This document shows, piece after piece, positions 33,731-43,798 of a stretch of 64,000 nt of DNA. The notes beneath the pieces were generated by a model. The model did not search any database and was not told the origin of the DNA. It saw nothing but the letters and a program-made list of their open reading frames with translations. This DNA is from Cladosporium halotolerans (lineage: Eukaryota). The position numbers were made by a program, and so were the translations under genes. Numbering within the stretch: the stretch's first letter is position 1; each line of letters begins with the position of its first letter. The stretch covers positions 1 to 64,000 of the forward strand of contig NW_027191457.1 of assembly GCF_011745625.1 (NCBI RefSeq). Reading direction: 5' to 3'.

Positions 33731-34845
33731 TTAGATCTTGATGGCAGCCTCGAGGGCCTTGGCCTTCTTGGCGGTCTTGTCCTGGGACTTCTGGCCCATG
33801 ATACCACCACCCCAGTGCCTCTTGGCCTCCTCGTTCTTGTCCATGTAGCCCTCCTTGATGGCCTGGACGAGCTTGGAAAGCTCGGACTTGTCCTCAGAGC
33901 GGACCTCAGTGATGGCGGCAACAGCAGCGGTCTGGTGGAAATATTAGAAAGATTCATGCGAATCATTTGTAGGCAGGAGACTGACCTTCTTGTGGACGAC
34001 GGTACCGAGACGGGCCTTGCCCTTGATGATGGCGTAGGGGATACCCATCTTGCGGCAGAGAGCCGGAAGGAAGATGACAAGCTCGATCGGGTCAACGTCG
34101 TTGGCGATCAGGACGAGAGCCGGCTTCTTGGCCTCGATGAGGGCGACAACGTGGTTGAGACCGTACTTGACGACGTAGGGCTTCTTGCTAACATCCTCCT
34201 TCTTCTTGCCCTCAGCGACAGCGGTGGCCTCCTTCTGGAGACGCTCCTTCTTGTCGGCCTTGGTCTCAGGGCGGTACTTGTTGAGGAGCTTGAGGGTCTG
34301 AGCGGCGGTGTTGCGGTCAAGAACGTTGGAGAACTGAGCGATGGAAGGAGGGACCTTCAGGCGCATGTTCAAGATCTTGCGCTGGCGCTGCAGACGGACG
34401 TAGGCGGGCCACTTCACCATGCGCGACAGGTTACGGCGCGGCTGGATGTCCTGGCCAATGCCGAAGTTCTTCGGGCGGCGCTCAATGAGCGGGTTCTACT
34501 GGCGTGTTAGAATCGCATTGCTGGCTGTTGCAAGATAGTGATTTGATTTGCTTACCTTGGCATTCTTCTTGTTCACACCAGCCTTGGTCTGGGGGAACGG
34601 GGCCGGGGCGGCCTTCTTGGTGCCAGCTTTGGGAGGCTATCATTGAGAAGAACAGTCAGTGACCGTTCAATCTCTAAAGAGCATGTGAGTGCAGGCATTT
34701 CTGCCATGCGCTCGGCTCAAGCCATTTCACACCAGGCTCTGCAGCAAGCGCAGGCGGTGGATTTTGGGGTCATCACTACTGCATACTCGCGCGAAATGCG
34801 ACGAGCAGAGGCAAGCAGCTCAATGGTTCAGGTAATGCTTACCAT
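33731..34845 (-). CDS. RPL8: 60S ribosomal protein L8 (eL8/L7a)
   Basis: [17 protein letters not shown]...[21 protein letters not shown]. First exon is ATG only (intron 34637-34842), with two further introns. Strong codon bias. Confidence 0.97.
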
Positions 34846-35270
34846 GGTTAGTATGTCCGCTGCGGGTGGATTGAACGAGGGGTTGTCGGAGTCGTTGTCG
34901 CTGAGGAGGAAATTCTTCGACTTGAAGCTGGATCCAAAGTTGGGTGTGCGCGAAAATGCGGGAGCAGCCGCGCGCCGCAGAACGCCAAGTCTCCCGACCA
35001 CGCCGACTTCGAGATTCTCACGTGACAGCAAGCTCCACGGAGCATGATCGTCCGGGCGAGCCGCGCCGCTCGTGGCGACGAGCTTGAATGACATTCCAGC
35101 CTATCGCGGGCTTGGCTGGAAGACAAACATCCGGCTGAGGCGCTCTTCACGCTGAGACCTGTAGAGCGCCTCAAGCTTGTTGACCAGAATTCTATTCGAT
35201 CTTTCATCACTGCCATCTCATAGCCGATCGAGGAATCGTCGTGCTCCGTTCATGGGTGTTCCATCAGAGT

Positions 35271-36770
35271 ATGCACTTCGATGAGAGGCGGAGGCCAAGC
35301 ACCGAGCATCTGCTGCCTGACAGGGGCGCCAGCGTAGAGATGCAGCCCGTCAGCACATCCCAACATGATGCCGAAGCGAAAGCTGGAATCGATACATATG
35401 CACAAGGAGCCGTCGCCGAGATCTCGGATGCTTACCGTGAAGACGGCGACTCTGGCACCAGAGCAGATTCCCAAGATGGAGCTCAAACAGAGGACGTTGG
35501 CACAGCTTATCGAGTTTACAAACGTCGTTTCTTCGGCCTAGCTCAGCTAGTCTTACTGAACATCATTGTCAGCTGGGACTGGCTCACTTTCTCAGCAGTT
35601 AGCTCGACATCTGCCGAATATTTTGCCGTCTCCGAGAGCGCTATCAACTGGCTGTCTACGGGCTTCTTATTCGCTTTCGTGGTTGTCAGCCCGGGGGTTA
35701 TGTATGTCCTCAACAAGGGGGGGCCAAAGGCATCCATAGTCACCGCTAGTGTCTTGACGTTAGTGGGCAATTGGATTCGCTACGCTGGCACGCGAGCCAC
35801 TGGAGGGCATTTCGGGGTCGTCATGTTTGGGCAAATCATCATCGGCTTCGCTCAGCCATTTGTACTCAGCGCTCCAACCAGATATAGCAATGTCTGGTTC
35901 TCAGACAACGGACGCGTGTCAGCCACCGCCATTGCATCGCTTGCAAATCCGCTCGGAGCCGCCATAGGCCAGCTGGTAGGGCCGTTCTGGGCAACAGATA
36001 CTTCTGGCATCCCGACTATGGTACTTTATACCTCAGTCATCAGCACGGCTGCCTCGCTTCCGTCGTTCTTCCTTCCTTCGGCTCCACCTACGCCACCATC
36101 AGCCATCGCAGGAGACGAAACGCTGGACCTTCGCCAGGCTCTGCACGAACTACCGCGCAACGGATCATTCTATCTTCTCCTCTTCCCATTCAGCGTATAC
36201 GTCGGCTTCTTCAACGCAGCCTCGTCGCTGATCAATCAGATTTTTGAACCATATGGTTTCAGTGAGGACCACGCTGGGATCGCTGGTGCTCTCCTCATTG
36301 TGGTCGGCCTGGTTTCGTCTGCTATAGTTTCGCCGTACGTGGACAAGACAAAGCGTTACTTGCCTGTGATCAAGGCGATAGTTCCGCTGATCGCAGCGTG
36401 TTACTTGGCTCTGATATGGATGCCTCAAACAAGGTCGCTACCCGGACCCTACGTCGTCTGCTCGTTGCTGGGCGCAACCTCCTTCTCACTACTGCCTTGT
36501 GCTCTGGAGTACTTGGTTCTGATAACACATCCCGTCAGCCCTGAGATTTCTTCGACTATTTGCTGGAGCGCGGGACAGCTACTCGGCGCAGTTTTCATCA
36601 TTATCATGGATGCCTTGAAAGGCGGCTTGAAGGGTGAGCCAGACGGTAGCCTGAAACGTGCTCTTATATTTCAAGCGGTAATAGCTTGGGCGGTGGTACC
36701 ATTGCCTCTCTTTTTAGGATATCGGCGTCAGCGCATTGGACTTCGCCGCCTCGCCAGCGCCGGTACATGA
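35271..36770 (+). CDS. MFS transporter (FLVCR/SLC49-like)
   Basis: Motifs YRVYKRRFFGLAQLVLLN, GQIIIGFAQPF, WFSDNGRVSATAIASLANPLG and PPTPPS; about 12 TM segments. Start could alternatively be 35340. Confidence 0.88.
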   Translation: MHFDERRRPSTEHLLPDRGASVEMQPVSTSQHDAEAKAGIDTYAQGAVAEISDAYREDGDSGTRADSQDGAQTEDVGTAYRVYKRRFFGLAQLVLLNIIVSWDWLTFSAVSSTSAEYFAVSESAINWLSTGFLFAFVVVSPGVMYVLNKGGPKASIVTASVLTLVGNWIRYAGTRATGGHFGVVMFGQIIIGFAQPFVLSAPTRYSNVWFSDNGRVSATAIASLANPLGAAIGQLVGPFWATDTSGIPTMVLYTSVISTAASLPSFFLPSAPPTPPSAIAGDETLDLRQALHELPRNGSFYLLLFPFSVYVGFFNAASSLINQIFEPYGFSEDHAGIAGALLIVVGLVSSAIVSPYVDKTKRYLPVIKAIVPLIAACYLALIWMPQTRSLPGPYVVCSLLGATSFSLLPCALEYLVLITHPVSPEISSTICWSAGQLLGAVFIIIMDALKGGLKGEPDGSLKRALIFQAVIAWAVVPLPLFLGYRRQRIGLRRLASAGT

Positions 36771-37723
36771 CGGACTACTAGATTATGTGTGATCGAGTAT
36801 TTATTTGCAAGATCTGCCCAGCACTGACTTTTCGTTGCGGTTTGCTGCATGATCTCGTATTGAGATAGCTTTTCAGCTTCAAATACCACGTTGGACTGTT
36901 CCCAGCCGAGCATTTGAACGCCTTGACTTTCAGGCAGGTCGGAGAAATGGTCGTACACGCGAATAGCTGTCGCAGCTGACCTGGTGAAAGCCGCCTCGGG
37001 CCGCATTGTCGCCTCGCATCGTGCGTCTAGATAGTTGCGCCTTCAACCGTATCAGATTATTAATGTTTGCTGAGATTAGGCCGTTCTGGTATGGATGACT
37101 TTGCTGCACAGGCGCAAAAGTGCAACCCACTTCTCACCAAGAGGCGGTCAGTCGCGTGACCAAAATGTGTTCATGGAATCATACTAGCGCCATCACAGTG
37201 AGAGATAGATGTACTTATCCACGCATCCTTACGGAAGTGGGCCAGCATGCATGCGTTGCCACCAGTGAGGTTCTGATCGTGTGCTCAAGGTGGGTCTCTG
37301 CCGCGAATGTGGAGGAAAACGCGGTCGCTGAAGAGCGCGACAGCCGCCATCACCGCTCTCACGTCTTCATGCGACGATTGCCTTTGTCCACAGCGGAGAT
37401 GATTATTGGATCCAGCTGCCATCGCCTGCCGTCTAGGTTCAGGCAGTCTAGGAAGATGCGAGGCGATTTCTGTCCCTCGCATGACGTGAGCTAGTCCCGT
37501 GGACCTGGTCGCCGCCTCATTCTGCAAAGGCCAGGCTGAAGACTTTCAACTATACCTTCATGTAAGAATCGTATCCAGAAGTCATTATTCAAAGGTCAGA
37601 CAGCGCCGTGTATCATTTCCTTCAGCCCCGCCAAAATCTCTGCCGTGCTGCGGACAGAAGTCCCGATCCCTGGTTGGACGAACCGCTGAGCCACCCGGCT
37701 TGACGACATCCCGAAATAGAAGC

Positions 37724-39442
37724 ATGTTCGATGCGCCGTCAGAGCATCGTACCACCGTCCCTTTCTGCTCCAAGCTGCTGCGCAAACGAAGACAACGTCC
37801 TGACAGTGATGCCTTGGCCTACGGCTACATCCACCCAGACGAAATCTTCAAGCCGAAGCATAAACGCGCGTTAAGCCCAAGATCGCCACGCAAGATGTAC
37901 AGTCAGCAGGCGTACGGGCAGCCACCTCCGGCCCGGTTCTACCAGAACGAGTCTGCGTCGCAGTCATACGTGTCTTCGAGGCGCCGACAACCCCCGCCTT
38001 ATCGTAGTCCTTGGGTTTCAGAGTCGACGCTCGAGCTGCCGCGACAACGAATGGGAACAAGCGAAGAAGGCTGGTATAGTAGTTCACGTCTTACCAGTCC
38101 ACCACCAAAGCCTCCGCGCCCGGCAGGCAAACGGGTTCACTTTCCGAAACCTCAAGCAAATCACATGACTGAGGCGCCTACTGTGCCGCAAGGTGAATTC
38201 GCTACCAGGCCAGGAGGACGGGGCGCAGATTTTGGCCCACCGGAGAATCACAGGAAGCCTCCTAATGAGGAGCTTTGGATCCAAGAACTGGATCGTGAGC
38301 TCTGTCTTGTAGAGCAGGAGGAGGAGCAGGAGGAGCAACTGGAGGCCGAGCGCTCTGCAAGTCGCAATGATAAATTTCGTCACCAGGACAGAGGCGGCCT
38401 GATCAACTACAGCAAGACCTGGATGTTCGCCAATTCCAGGCTTCCTCCGCACCAGTTGCCATTCAAAACATACTTCGAGACCTGGCGTCTCATCTGCAGG
38501 GCGGCACGCTCCTCAGCTCAAGTCTATCAGCGCCCGAAACCCGACCAGCGCGAACACTTCATCGCCGCGGATCGACGGCATCGTACCAAGGCGATGGTGC
38601 TTAAGAGCACGCCACTAGATGACCAGAATCTTATCGTTTTCTCAATCCGCGGTAGCCAAGTCAGCTATTTCGACTGGAACACGAACCTTCAGCCAGCGCC
38701 GGCCGCGCCAGAAGGGTTCCTAGACGACGGTCTCAATGCCTGTCATTCGGGTTTTCTCAAAGTAGCCAAAGCCATGGTGGCTCCGGTGGCTGCGCGATTG
38801 CGGCAGCTTCTTGAACAAGATCCGTCTAGGTGTGCCAGTTCACTTCTCATCACAGGTCACTCTGCCGGTGGTGCTGTGGCAAGCTTGCTCTATATGCACA
38901 TGCTCGCGACCAGCGTGGAGTCCGAGCTAACGCTTCTGGCTGGATGCTTCAAACGGGTGCACTGCATCACTTTTGGTGTACCACCGATCTCATTCTTGCC
39001 GCTCGAAAAGCCAGATCACATGCGTGCGAGCAAGAGCCTGTTTCTCTCGTTCGTCAATGAAGGAGACATCGTCGTTCGGGCTGACAAGGCATATCTGATC
39101 TCACTTGCGAAGATACTCGCTGGAACGAAGCCGGCCAGTCATCCTTCTGTGAACAATCTTGCGAAGAAAGCGTCGCGGGTTGTCCTGGGCTCGACGAAAC
39201 CAGACAAGGAGCGGGCGCCATATTGGCCCGTTCCTGAAGCGCCTCTTTCGAACGCCGGCCGCTTGATAGTACTACGTGAAAAGCCAGGTGCGCAGGTAGG
39301 CACCTCAATCGAAGCGGTAGTGAGTAGCGACCAGAAGATGCGTGACGTGATATTTGGGGATCCGGCGATGCACGCCATGTCTCTTTATCAGCGACGGGTG
39401 GAGAGTTTGGCATTCGCTGCAATGTTGGGGGATGAGGACTGA
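37724..39442 (+). CDS. Class 3 lipase-like alpha/beta hydrolase
   Basis: IVFSIRGS, CHSGF, ITGHSAGG nucleophile elbow, FVNEGDIV and a C-terminal His (MHAM). Long disordered N-terminus; start uncertain. Confidence 0.85.
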   Translation: MFDAPSEHRTTVPFCSKLLRKRRQRPDSDALAYGYIHPDEIFKPKHKRALSPRSPRKMYSQQAYGQPPPARFYQNESASQSYVSSRRRQPPPYRSPWVSESTLELPRQRMGTSEEGWYSSSRLTSPPPKPPRPAGKRVHFPKPQANHMTEAPTVPQGEFATRPGGRGADFGPPENHRKPPNEELWIQELDRELCLVEQEEEQEEQLEAERSASRNDKFRHQDRGGLINYSKTWMFANSRLPPHQLPFKTYFETWRLICRAARSSAQVYQRPKPDQREHFIAADRRHRTKAMVLKSTPLDDQNLIVFSIRGSQVSYFDWNTNLQPAPAAPEGFLDDGLNACHSGFLKVAKAMVAPVAARLRQLLEQDPSRCASSLLITGHSAGGAVASLLYMHMLATSVESELTLLAGCFKRVHCITFGVPPISFLPLEKPDHMRASKSLFLSFVNEGDIVVRADKAYLISLAKILAGTKPASHPSVNNLAKKASRVVLGSTKPDKERAPYWPVPEAPLSNAGRLIVLREKPGAQVGTSIEAVVSSDQKMRDVIFGDPAMHAMSLYQRRVESLAFAAMLGDED

Positions 39443-39665
39443 GGCATCGAATTGAGTGTGATGAGGAGCTCGAAGAAGTGAATGCGGTTCGAGTGGGGCT
39501 GACCGCATCGCTGTCACATGATTGCGGGTGGACAAAGGCTGCACGTGCAACAGCACTTCACATGTGCATCTGCGCGGCTGGGATCAAAACCGCCAGTCCC
39601 TCCACACTCTCCTCTCTTCTCACCACTTTTACCTCAACATCTTTCTACGACTACGAACCACCAAA

Positions 39666-40592
39666 ATGACGGACGATAACCCAGGCACCTCGACAGGCAA
39701 TGGCACTCCGCCACCGCCGCCGACTCCTACCAATGCACCTACTGCGCCAGAGCCGCAGCCGGAGGCAGCGCAGCTCAACCTCACTTTCAGCGACTCCACT
39801 GGCAACTCTGTCAGTTTCAAAATGAAGCGCAGCATGAAGCTCGGTAAGGCCATGAACGCCTTCTCTGCCAAGGTTCAGCGCGACATCAGCCAGCTTCGCT
39901 TCCTCTTTGAAGGTGAAAGACTTCGCCCTGAGGACACCCCAGACATGGTAGGGACTTTCCAACAATCTCCACGAGCGATGGTTCACTGACGGACCCGCAG
40001 AAGAAAATGGAAGACAGTGACATCGTCGACGTCCACATGGAGCAGATCGGCGGCACTTCCTCCTTCGAGGACTGGGATGATTGGGTCGATTTTGTCCAGG
40101 AGGCGGATGATGAGCTCAAGGCTGTCCACCATGCGATTGCCAAAAGTGTCCTCAAGCCGACCTATGCTCAGATCCAGCGTCTGAACCAGAACATCATCAA
40201 CCTCACTGCGGAGAACATGGATCTCAAGGTCCAAATCTCCGAGCAGAAGCGCGCTCTCGAACACGCCAAAACCCTTGCTACCGTCCAGAAGGCTGGCGTC
40301 AACTGCGATGTCCTCTTCATCAAGGTCGAGGGCCGCAAGTGGGATTCTCGCTACTACCGCGTCAGGTTCTGCGACCCGTTGCACAGGGTCTTTGACAATT
40401 ACGCTCGTTGCGAAGGGATCAGCCCAGAGCACCTGGTCTTCACTTCCAAGGACAAGCAGACTGTCTACCGTGGCGAGCAGACCCCGATCGAGGTAGGCAG
40501 TGCTTCATTATAGTCCCGCGGCTCACAACTGACTCTTCCCGCAGGCTGGTTGGAAGGATCTCGATACGGTCATGGCCTTCTATGATCCCTAA
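39666..40592 (+). CDS. SUMO-like / helical linker / SUMO-like tandem fusion protein (about 273 aa)
   Basis: Exons 39666-39947, 40001-40492 and 40545-40592. Domain 1 reads SVSFKMKRSMKLGKAMNAF...LRFLFEGERLRPEDTPD...VDVHMEQIGG, followed by 161 more residues that include a second Ubl-like domain. Confidence 0.8.
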
Positions 40593-41293
40593 ATGCATCC
40601 ACCCTCGACGGTATGTAGTCGACCACTTTGACTTCGCCCTACCGAAACAGCAGCACGGCTGGCAAGCATATCGACTACGTCGAAGTAAGTATCGGCATTA
40701 TTTTCTTTTTGTCTGGGAGGAATCATGAAACGATTTGTGCAGCAATTGCAGGATCGGGTGGAAGGGTTCGGTCAAATGGACACCCAGTAGCGGCTATGCT
40801 CTCATACAGAAGGCTCTCAGCCTCTCTGTTGAGCTTGCCAGTATAAGCGAGACATTCACAATTTCTCCATCAAATCCATACCAAAAGTGAAATCCGAAGT
40901 TTCTAATGAAGTCTATCTTTTGTCTGTGGTACCTTACATATGCACAAGCTCCACGCTTATGTCATCACCAGCAGAAGCAAGTGGGTCTCGCATGAACTCG
41001 TACCGGTGCCGCCGGAACGTAACTTCTGGTGTCACGTAACAACCAGATACGTGTATTCGTTGCTCTTCCTGAGATAAACCAGAATTGAAGCGTGCCTCGA
41101 ATCCTTCTTGAGAACAGCAGTACGGACTCGGAGGACGAGCTGACGTTCGGAAGTGGGGCGTCACAAGCAACACCGCGTTGGGAAAGCTCGCAAAGTTACG
41201 ACCGTAAGCAAAAGATACGAGGCTTCTCTTGTTAAAGACACCGCGGCGGCTGCATACAAGATCCATCTAAACGAATCTGAGTCAATACTCGGG

Positions 41294-42739
41294 ATGCCAC
41301 TCACCGTACTGACCGATGATGATGTGAACCGTATCCTGCACTCGTTCACCCGAGACGACATCCTTGAGCTCCAGGAATGCCTCGGAGATGCTCTGCACTG
41401 GTACTCGACCTCAAGCGATGGCGCCGACTGCTGTTCAAACTTCCAGCCAGAACGCACCCACCTGAAGCGTAAAGATGGTTCGACGACGCTATTCATGCCG
41501 GCTAGCGGTCTGACGGGTCAAGGGATTAAGATCGTTAACATCGACCCTACGGATGGACCGGATGCTTCCACGCAGAACCTCCCGGACGTCTCGAGGCTCA
41601 GTCTTGACACTCAGGCTAGCCGCAGTAGTTCAAAGAGCGACGCGACCACACCGCACTCTACAGGGTCGGAATCAACGCCCACCACCAGGTCTTCGGTATC
41701 ATCCTTCCCAAACAGCACAAATGCCTCTGTCAATAGTCTCGCCACCGGACAAACCTCCATCTCCTCGGGCAGCAACAACGCAGATGCTCCAATTAAACCT
41801 GAATCCAGCATCCGTGGCTCGCTCACGCTTCTCGACAACCTAGGCCGCACCACAGGACTCATCAACGCAGAAGAAGTGACCGCCTTCCGCACAGCGCTAG
41901 CCTCCACAATGCTCCTCAAAAAGCGGCAATCCGTCCACGACGTGACCGTCTTCGGCGGCGGCAAGCAAGCATACTGGCACATGCGGCTGGCCCTCCTGCT
42001 CCGCGGCGAGGAAATCCACCACCTCAACGTCGTCACGCGCAACTTCGACACCGCCCGCAAATGCATCATGCGCCTGTACGACCCGCAGCCCAACGACCCG
42101 AAGTACGTCAATCCGATCGGTCCCAAGTACAACTCGCGCACGCAGAAATCCATCCTGACGCCCGCGCACACGGAGTACGAGCGGCTGCTGAAGGAGTACG
42201 TGCGCGGCAGCAACGTGATCTTCTGCACGACGCCGTCGACGCGGCCGCTGTTCCCCGCGAGCTACCTGATCAATCCCGAGGGGCGCAAGAAGGGCCGCTA
42301 CATCGCGTGCATCGGCAGCTACAAGCCGCACATGGTCGAGCTGGACCCGGAGGTGCTGCGGTATGCGGTGGCGCCGCACCACGAGCACCGGCACTTGCAC
42401 AAGCGGCAGAAAGAGGGCGGTGCAGTGATTGTCGATACGGTTTCGGGCTGTCTGCAGGAGGCTGGCGAGATTATTCAGGCGAAGCTGACGCCTGATCAGA
42501 TTGTGGAGCTGGGAGAGCTGTTGATGTTGAAGAAGGAGGCAGAGAAACGGTGTGCGAAGGGTGAGAAGGCGGAGCAGGGCGCGAATTTACAGGATGATAA
42601 GGGGTTGAAGGAGTGGTTGACGAGAGGTAATGTCATCTTCAAGTGCGTGGGCATTGGGTTGATGGATGTTGTGGTGGGGAATGAGTTGGTGCGAATGGCG
42701 AGGCAAAGAGGTGTTGGCACGACCATTGAGAACTTCTGA
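41294..42739 (+). CDS. Ornithine cyclodeaminase/mu-crystallin family protein (PrnX-like)
   Basis: Motifs TTLFMPA, NAEEVTAFRTALAS, VFGGGKQAYWH, IFCTTPS, IGSYKPHMVE and IFKCVGIGLMD; Ser/Thr-rich insertion. Confidence 0.88.
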   Translation: MPLTVLTDDDVNRILHSFTRDDILELQECLGDALHWYSTSSDGADCCSNFQPERTHLKRKDGSTTLFMPASGLTGQGIKIVNIDPTDGPDASTQNLPDVSRLSLDTQASRSSSKSDATTPHSTGSESTPTTRSSVSSFPNSTNASVNSLATGQTSISSGSNNADAPIKPESSIRGSLTLLDNLGRTTGLINAEEVTAFRTALASTMLLKKRQSVHDVTVFGGGKQAYWHMRLALLLRGEEIHHLNVVTRNFDTARKCIMRLYDPQPNDPKYVNPIGPKYNSRTQKSILTPAHTEYERLLKEYVRGSNVIFCTTPSTRPLFPASYLINPEGRKKGRYIACIGSYKPHMVELDPEVLRYAVAPHHEHRHLHKRQKEGGAVIVDTVSGCLQEAGEIIQAKLTPDQIVELGELLMLKKEAEKRCAKGEKAEQGANLQDDKGLKEWLTRGNVIFKCVGIGLMDVVVGNELVRMARQRGVGTTIENF

Positions 42740-43173
42740 GCAATTCCAGGCTGTTAGATGGCCGGAATAGATGAGTACAGGCTTAGAAGAGATTGTAGAG
42801 GCCAACACTAATTATGTGCCGGTGGATTCTCAGTGGTTTTATGATCATGAGCAGTACCGGGTGGCCTACGCATTATGATTTGATAGATGTTTTTTGTATT
42901 GCCGTTCGACGCTATTTGCCAACAGGCTTCCATCGTACTATTCACACAGGGTATAAGCTTCTTTGCACCAAGTAGTGCTCGGTATCGTACAGGCCGCGCT
43001 CGCCCTTCATATTCGTACAGCAATTCCTTCCATCCAGGCACTTGGTGCTCCTTTGCGGCCACACTGCGCAAGACAGCGTCCAGAGCTATCATTCCATGTG
43101 AGGGTCCTCATGCCGGAAGGCCGATATGCTCGCTCTCGCCGCGTCTTCAGATCTTCTCTTTGCCGTTCCACAA

Positions 43174-43559
43174 TCACAAAACGCCGCCATCCAACTTCCA
43201 CTGCCTCAGGTACTCCTTTCCATCAACCGCAGACTTCGACTCGTGGTGCTCCCAGTTCTCCGCGACCTTCTCAATGCGTTTGGCAACGAATGGCGTCAAC
43301 TAGAACCACGCGAAGAAAGAGGTCAGCCTCCAATTCCCTAATCCTCTCCACCCAAATCCTGCAAAACACTTACGTTGAAATCCGACAAGTCCGGGCAAAT
43401 GTACGTGCGCACTTTCTTGTAGTCGATCTTGTAGCCGCCGTACTTCGTGTGCCAGCCCATGGCGCCGGTGCGGTTGCCCTTGTAGAAGTCCTTGCCGGCC
43501 TGCTTGGTGTTAAGCGGCAGGCGGCGGATCGCACGGAAGAGGGGCGCGGTGGGACGCAT
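43174..43559 (-). CDS. MRPL27: Mitochondrial ribosomal protein mL41 (yeast MrpL27)
   Basis: RRLPLNTKQAGKDFYKGNRTG...KVRTYICPDL, then an intron at about 43301-43373, then LTPFVAKRI...WKLDGGVL*. Confidence 0.88.
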
Positions 43560-43798
43560 TTTCGCGGTTCTGGTGGTCCTGTAGGAGTCCTGGGAGATAT
43601 TTGCGGACCTCGCCGTCGTCGTGCGGTGCCTTCGGGAATGCTTGATGGGATGGAAGTCCGCGAGGCTGCGCGAGTCATGCGACTTTGGAGGGTTCGAGAT
43701 TTTGTGAACTTTCTCTGCCGAGCCGAGGCGGCGAAATCGATCTTGCGTCTTCTTATTTTCACACTGGACAAGTGCACAACTCGTTCAGGAAAGCAAAA

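Noticed and set aside
33566..34510. 314-aa plus-strand ORF
   Set aside because: Antisense shadow of the codon-biased RPL8 gene.
34637..34842. Possible snoRNA in RPL8 intron 1 (minus-strand GTGATGA near 34770-34776)
   Set aside because: The only downstream CTGA is the branch point, and I see no rRNA-complementary guide.
41294..42739. OCD/mu-crystallin gene as the EutC-like member of the putative ectoine cluster
   Set aside because: It lies about 20 kb away among housekeeping genes and looks like the widespread fungal PrnX-like protein.
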